From the NCBI GenBank assembly GCA_963836815.1, contig CAWILD010000013.1, positions 105,166 through 169,165 of the forward strand: 64,000 nt of DNA, read 5' to 3'. Position numbers and translations under genes: made by a program. Of this stretch, positions 62,218 to 64,000 are shown piece after piece. Origin of the DNA: an uncultured Gemmatimonadales bacterium (GTDB lineage: Bacteria > Gemmatimonadota > Gemmatimonadetes > Gemmatimonadales > GWC2-71-9). The notes beneath the pieces were generated by a model. That model ran no database searches. It saw only the letters and a list, made by a program, of their open reading frames with translations, and was not told the DNA's origin. The first letter of the stretch is position 1, and every line of letters begins with the position of its first letter.

Positions 62218-63543
62218 ATGCCTCGCGATTATCCCAACATCGTGGTGCCACCACCCGGCCCCAGGGCCCAGGACGTCGTCCGGCGTGACGAGGAGTGGAC
62301 CCAGCCCTGCTATATCAAGGAATACCCGCTCGTCATCTCGCGCGGGGCGGGGGCCATGGTCGAGGATGTGGATGGAAACCGGTACCTCGACTTCATGGCG
62401 GGGATCGCGGTCTCATCCACCGGCTACGGTCATCCCAAGGTCGTCGCCGCCGTGAAGGACGCTGCGGATCGCTTCCTCCACATCTGTGGCTCGGACTTCT
62501 ATTTCGAGGGCATGGCGGCACTGTGCGAACGGCTGGGCCGGCTCGCCCCTGGGAAGTCCAAGAAGCGCGTCTTTCTGACCAACTCCGGCACCGAGGCCGT
62601 CGAGGCGGCCATCAAGCTGGCGCGCTACGCGACCCGGCGGACCGCGATGATCGCGTTTCACGGCTCGTTCCATGGACGCACGGCGGGCGCCATCACGCTG
62701 ACCTCCAGCAAGGCGAAGCAGCATGCCGGCTTCGGCCCGTTGCTCCCGGACGTCTACCACGTGCCGTTCGCCAACCGCTATCGCTGCCAGTACTGCGCGG
62801 ACAAGTCGGAGTGCACTCGCGGGTGCTTCAATCCCTTGGAGGACCTCTTCAGCCGTCAGGTCGATCCCCGCGATGTCGCCGCCATCTTCGTCGAGCCGGT
62901 TCAGGGGGAAGGCGGCTACGTGGTGCCCCCGGACGGCTGGCTTCGGGACCTGCGTGCCCTCTGCGATCGCCACGGGATTCTCCTCGTCGCCGACGAGGTG
63001 CAGTCCGGGGTCGGTCGAACCGGGAAGATGTGGGCGTGCGAGCACGACGGAGTCGAGCCGGACATCCTGCTCACCGCGAAGGGGCTCGGTTCGGGGATGC
63101 CCATCGGGGCGATGATCGCGAAGGAGTCGATCAGCACCTGGGAGTCCGGCTCTCACGGTTCGACCTTCGGGGGCAATCCCGTATGCTGCGCCGCGGCGCT
63201 CGCCACGCTGGACCTCGTCGAGAGCGAGCTCATGGCCAACGCCATCAGCATGGGCGAGCGACTCATGGCCGGCCTCCGGCGCCTCCAGGAGAAGTACGCC
63301 TGCATCGGTGAGGTGCGGGGACGCGGGCTCATGATCGGAGTCGAATTCGTGAAAGACCGCGCCACGCGGGAGCCGGCCCCCGAGCTGCTGGATGACCTCG
63401 TGCTCAATGCGTTCCGGCGCGGTCTCCTCCTGCTCGGTGCCGGGAAGAGCACCCTGCGTCTGGCGCCACCGCTGGTGGTGGACGACTACGACGTGGACAC
63501 CGCGCTGGCGATGATCGACGGGCTGCTGGGCGAGCTCGATTGA
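62218..63543 (+). CDS. Class-III aminotransferase (GabT / acetylornithine aminotransferase-like)
   Basis: 441 aa. DEVQSGVGRTGKMWA and PLP-lysine region LLTAKGLGSG. Confidence 0.9.
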   Translation: MPRDYPNIVVPPPGPRAQDVVRRDEEWTQPCYIKEYPLVISRGAGAMVEDVDGNRYLDFMAGIAVSSTGYGHPKVVAAVKDAADRFLHICGSDFYFEGMAALCERLGRLAPGKSKKRVFLTNSGTEAVEAAIKLARYATRRTAMIAFHGSFHGRTAGAITLTSSKAKQHAGFGPLLPDVYHVPFANRYRCQYCADKSECTRGCFNPLEDLFSRQVDPRDVAAIFVEPVQGEGGYVVPPDGWLRDLRALCDRHGILLVADEVQSGVGRTGKMWACEHDGVEPDILLTAKGLGSGMPIGAMIAKESISTWESGSHGSTFGGNPVCCAAALATLDLVESELMANAISMGERLMAGLRRLQEKYACIGEVRGRGLMIGVEFVKDRATREPAPELLDDLVLNAFRRGLLLLGAGKSTLRLAPPLVVDDYDVDTALAMIDGLLGELD

Positions 63544-64000
63544 GCTCGGGAAGCAAGGTCACCTCCATGCGGGAGGCCATCGCGGCCCTGGTCCGCGATG
63601 GCGACACGGTGGTGATCGAAGGATTCACCCATCTCATCTGTTTCGCCGCCGGACACGAGATCATCCGTCAGCGCCGACGTGATCTCACCCTTTGCCGGCT
63701 GACACCGGACCTCATCTACGACCAGATGATCGCGGCGGGCTGCGCCCGAAAGCTGGTGTTCTCGTGGGCCGGGAACCCGGGCGCGGGCTCGCTGCACGCC
63801 TTCCGCCGCGCGACGGAGCGGGGCGAGCCGCCGCTGGAGCTGGAGGAGTATTCGCATTTCGGCATGGTCGCGCGGTTGAGCGCCGGCGCCGCCAAGCTGC
63901 CGTTCTGGACGCTGCGCGACTACATGGGGACGGATCTCCCGGTCGCCAACCCGCTCATCCGGACCATCACCTGCCCCTATACCGGCGAGGTGCTTGCCAC
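63540..64000 (+). CDS. CoA-transferase subunit A (glutaconate/3-oxoacid CoA-transferase family), 3' end outside window
   Basis: The frame is open to the window end. SMREAIAALVRDGDTVVIEGF... is typical of the family. The start is TTG 63540 or ATG 63567. Confidence 0.7.
   Translation, partial: MSSGSKVTSMREAIAALVRDGDTVVIEGFTHLICFAAGHEIIRQRRRDLTLCRLTPDLIYDQMIAAGCARKLVFSWAGNPGAGSLHAFRRATERGEPPLELEEYSHFGMVARLSAGAAKLPFWTLRDYMGTDLPVANPLIRTITCPYTGEVLA

Overview
GC-rich (about two-thirds G+C by eye) bacterial chromosomal window. Most reverse-strand ORFs in the track are GC-driven shadow ORFs. The protein repertoire looks Gemmatimonadota-like, but that is only an impression with no search behind it. 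**Gene content, left to right:** (1) a PTS mannose-family IIC/IID-HPr-EI operon; (2) metK-ahcY and a DUF151 nuclease; (3) a BtuF/FecCD/ATPase-type ABC importer flanked by an anchored CarboxypepD_reg-like protein and a YVTN beta-propeller lipoprotein; (4) recO, a five-repeat DUF3011 protein, an orphan selB, clpB, tadA, an SPFH protein and an aldo/keto reductase; (5) a three-gene signalling module (PAS/GAF histidine kinase, NarL/FixJ-type regulator, stand-alone receiver) at 20957-25349, with an inverted paralogous copy at 44854-41859; (6) a long envelope region (25-53 kb) with many outer-membrane barrels, lipoproteins, TamB/TamA, OmpA-TSP3, an FGE, an aquaporin and an MscS remnant; (7) tRNA-Ser(CGA), an ADP-ribosylglycohydrolase, cysK and type III glutamine synthetase; (8) an amino-group catabolic operon (two class-III aminotransferases, a P5CDH-like ALDH, a CoA-transferase). 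I saw no CRISPR array, transposase, integrase or phage genes. **Main observations:** a 14-bp palindrome (TGSACC-WW-GGTSYA) recurs in at least nine intergenic leaders, next to the two paralogous NarL/FixJ modules and in front of envelope genes, so it is a candidate regulon operator. One hypothetical protein has peptidylglycine-monooxygenase-like copper-ligand spacing. A family of long GC-rich palindromes sits at convergent gene ends. There are several short tandem repeats in leaders. **Caveat:** about 30 apparent frameshifts or stops are concentrated at 37-52 kb and also hit essential genes (cysK, glnN, tamB). This looks more like sequence or assembly error than biology, and it limits every pseudogene call.
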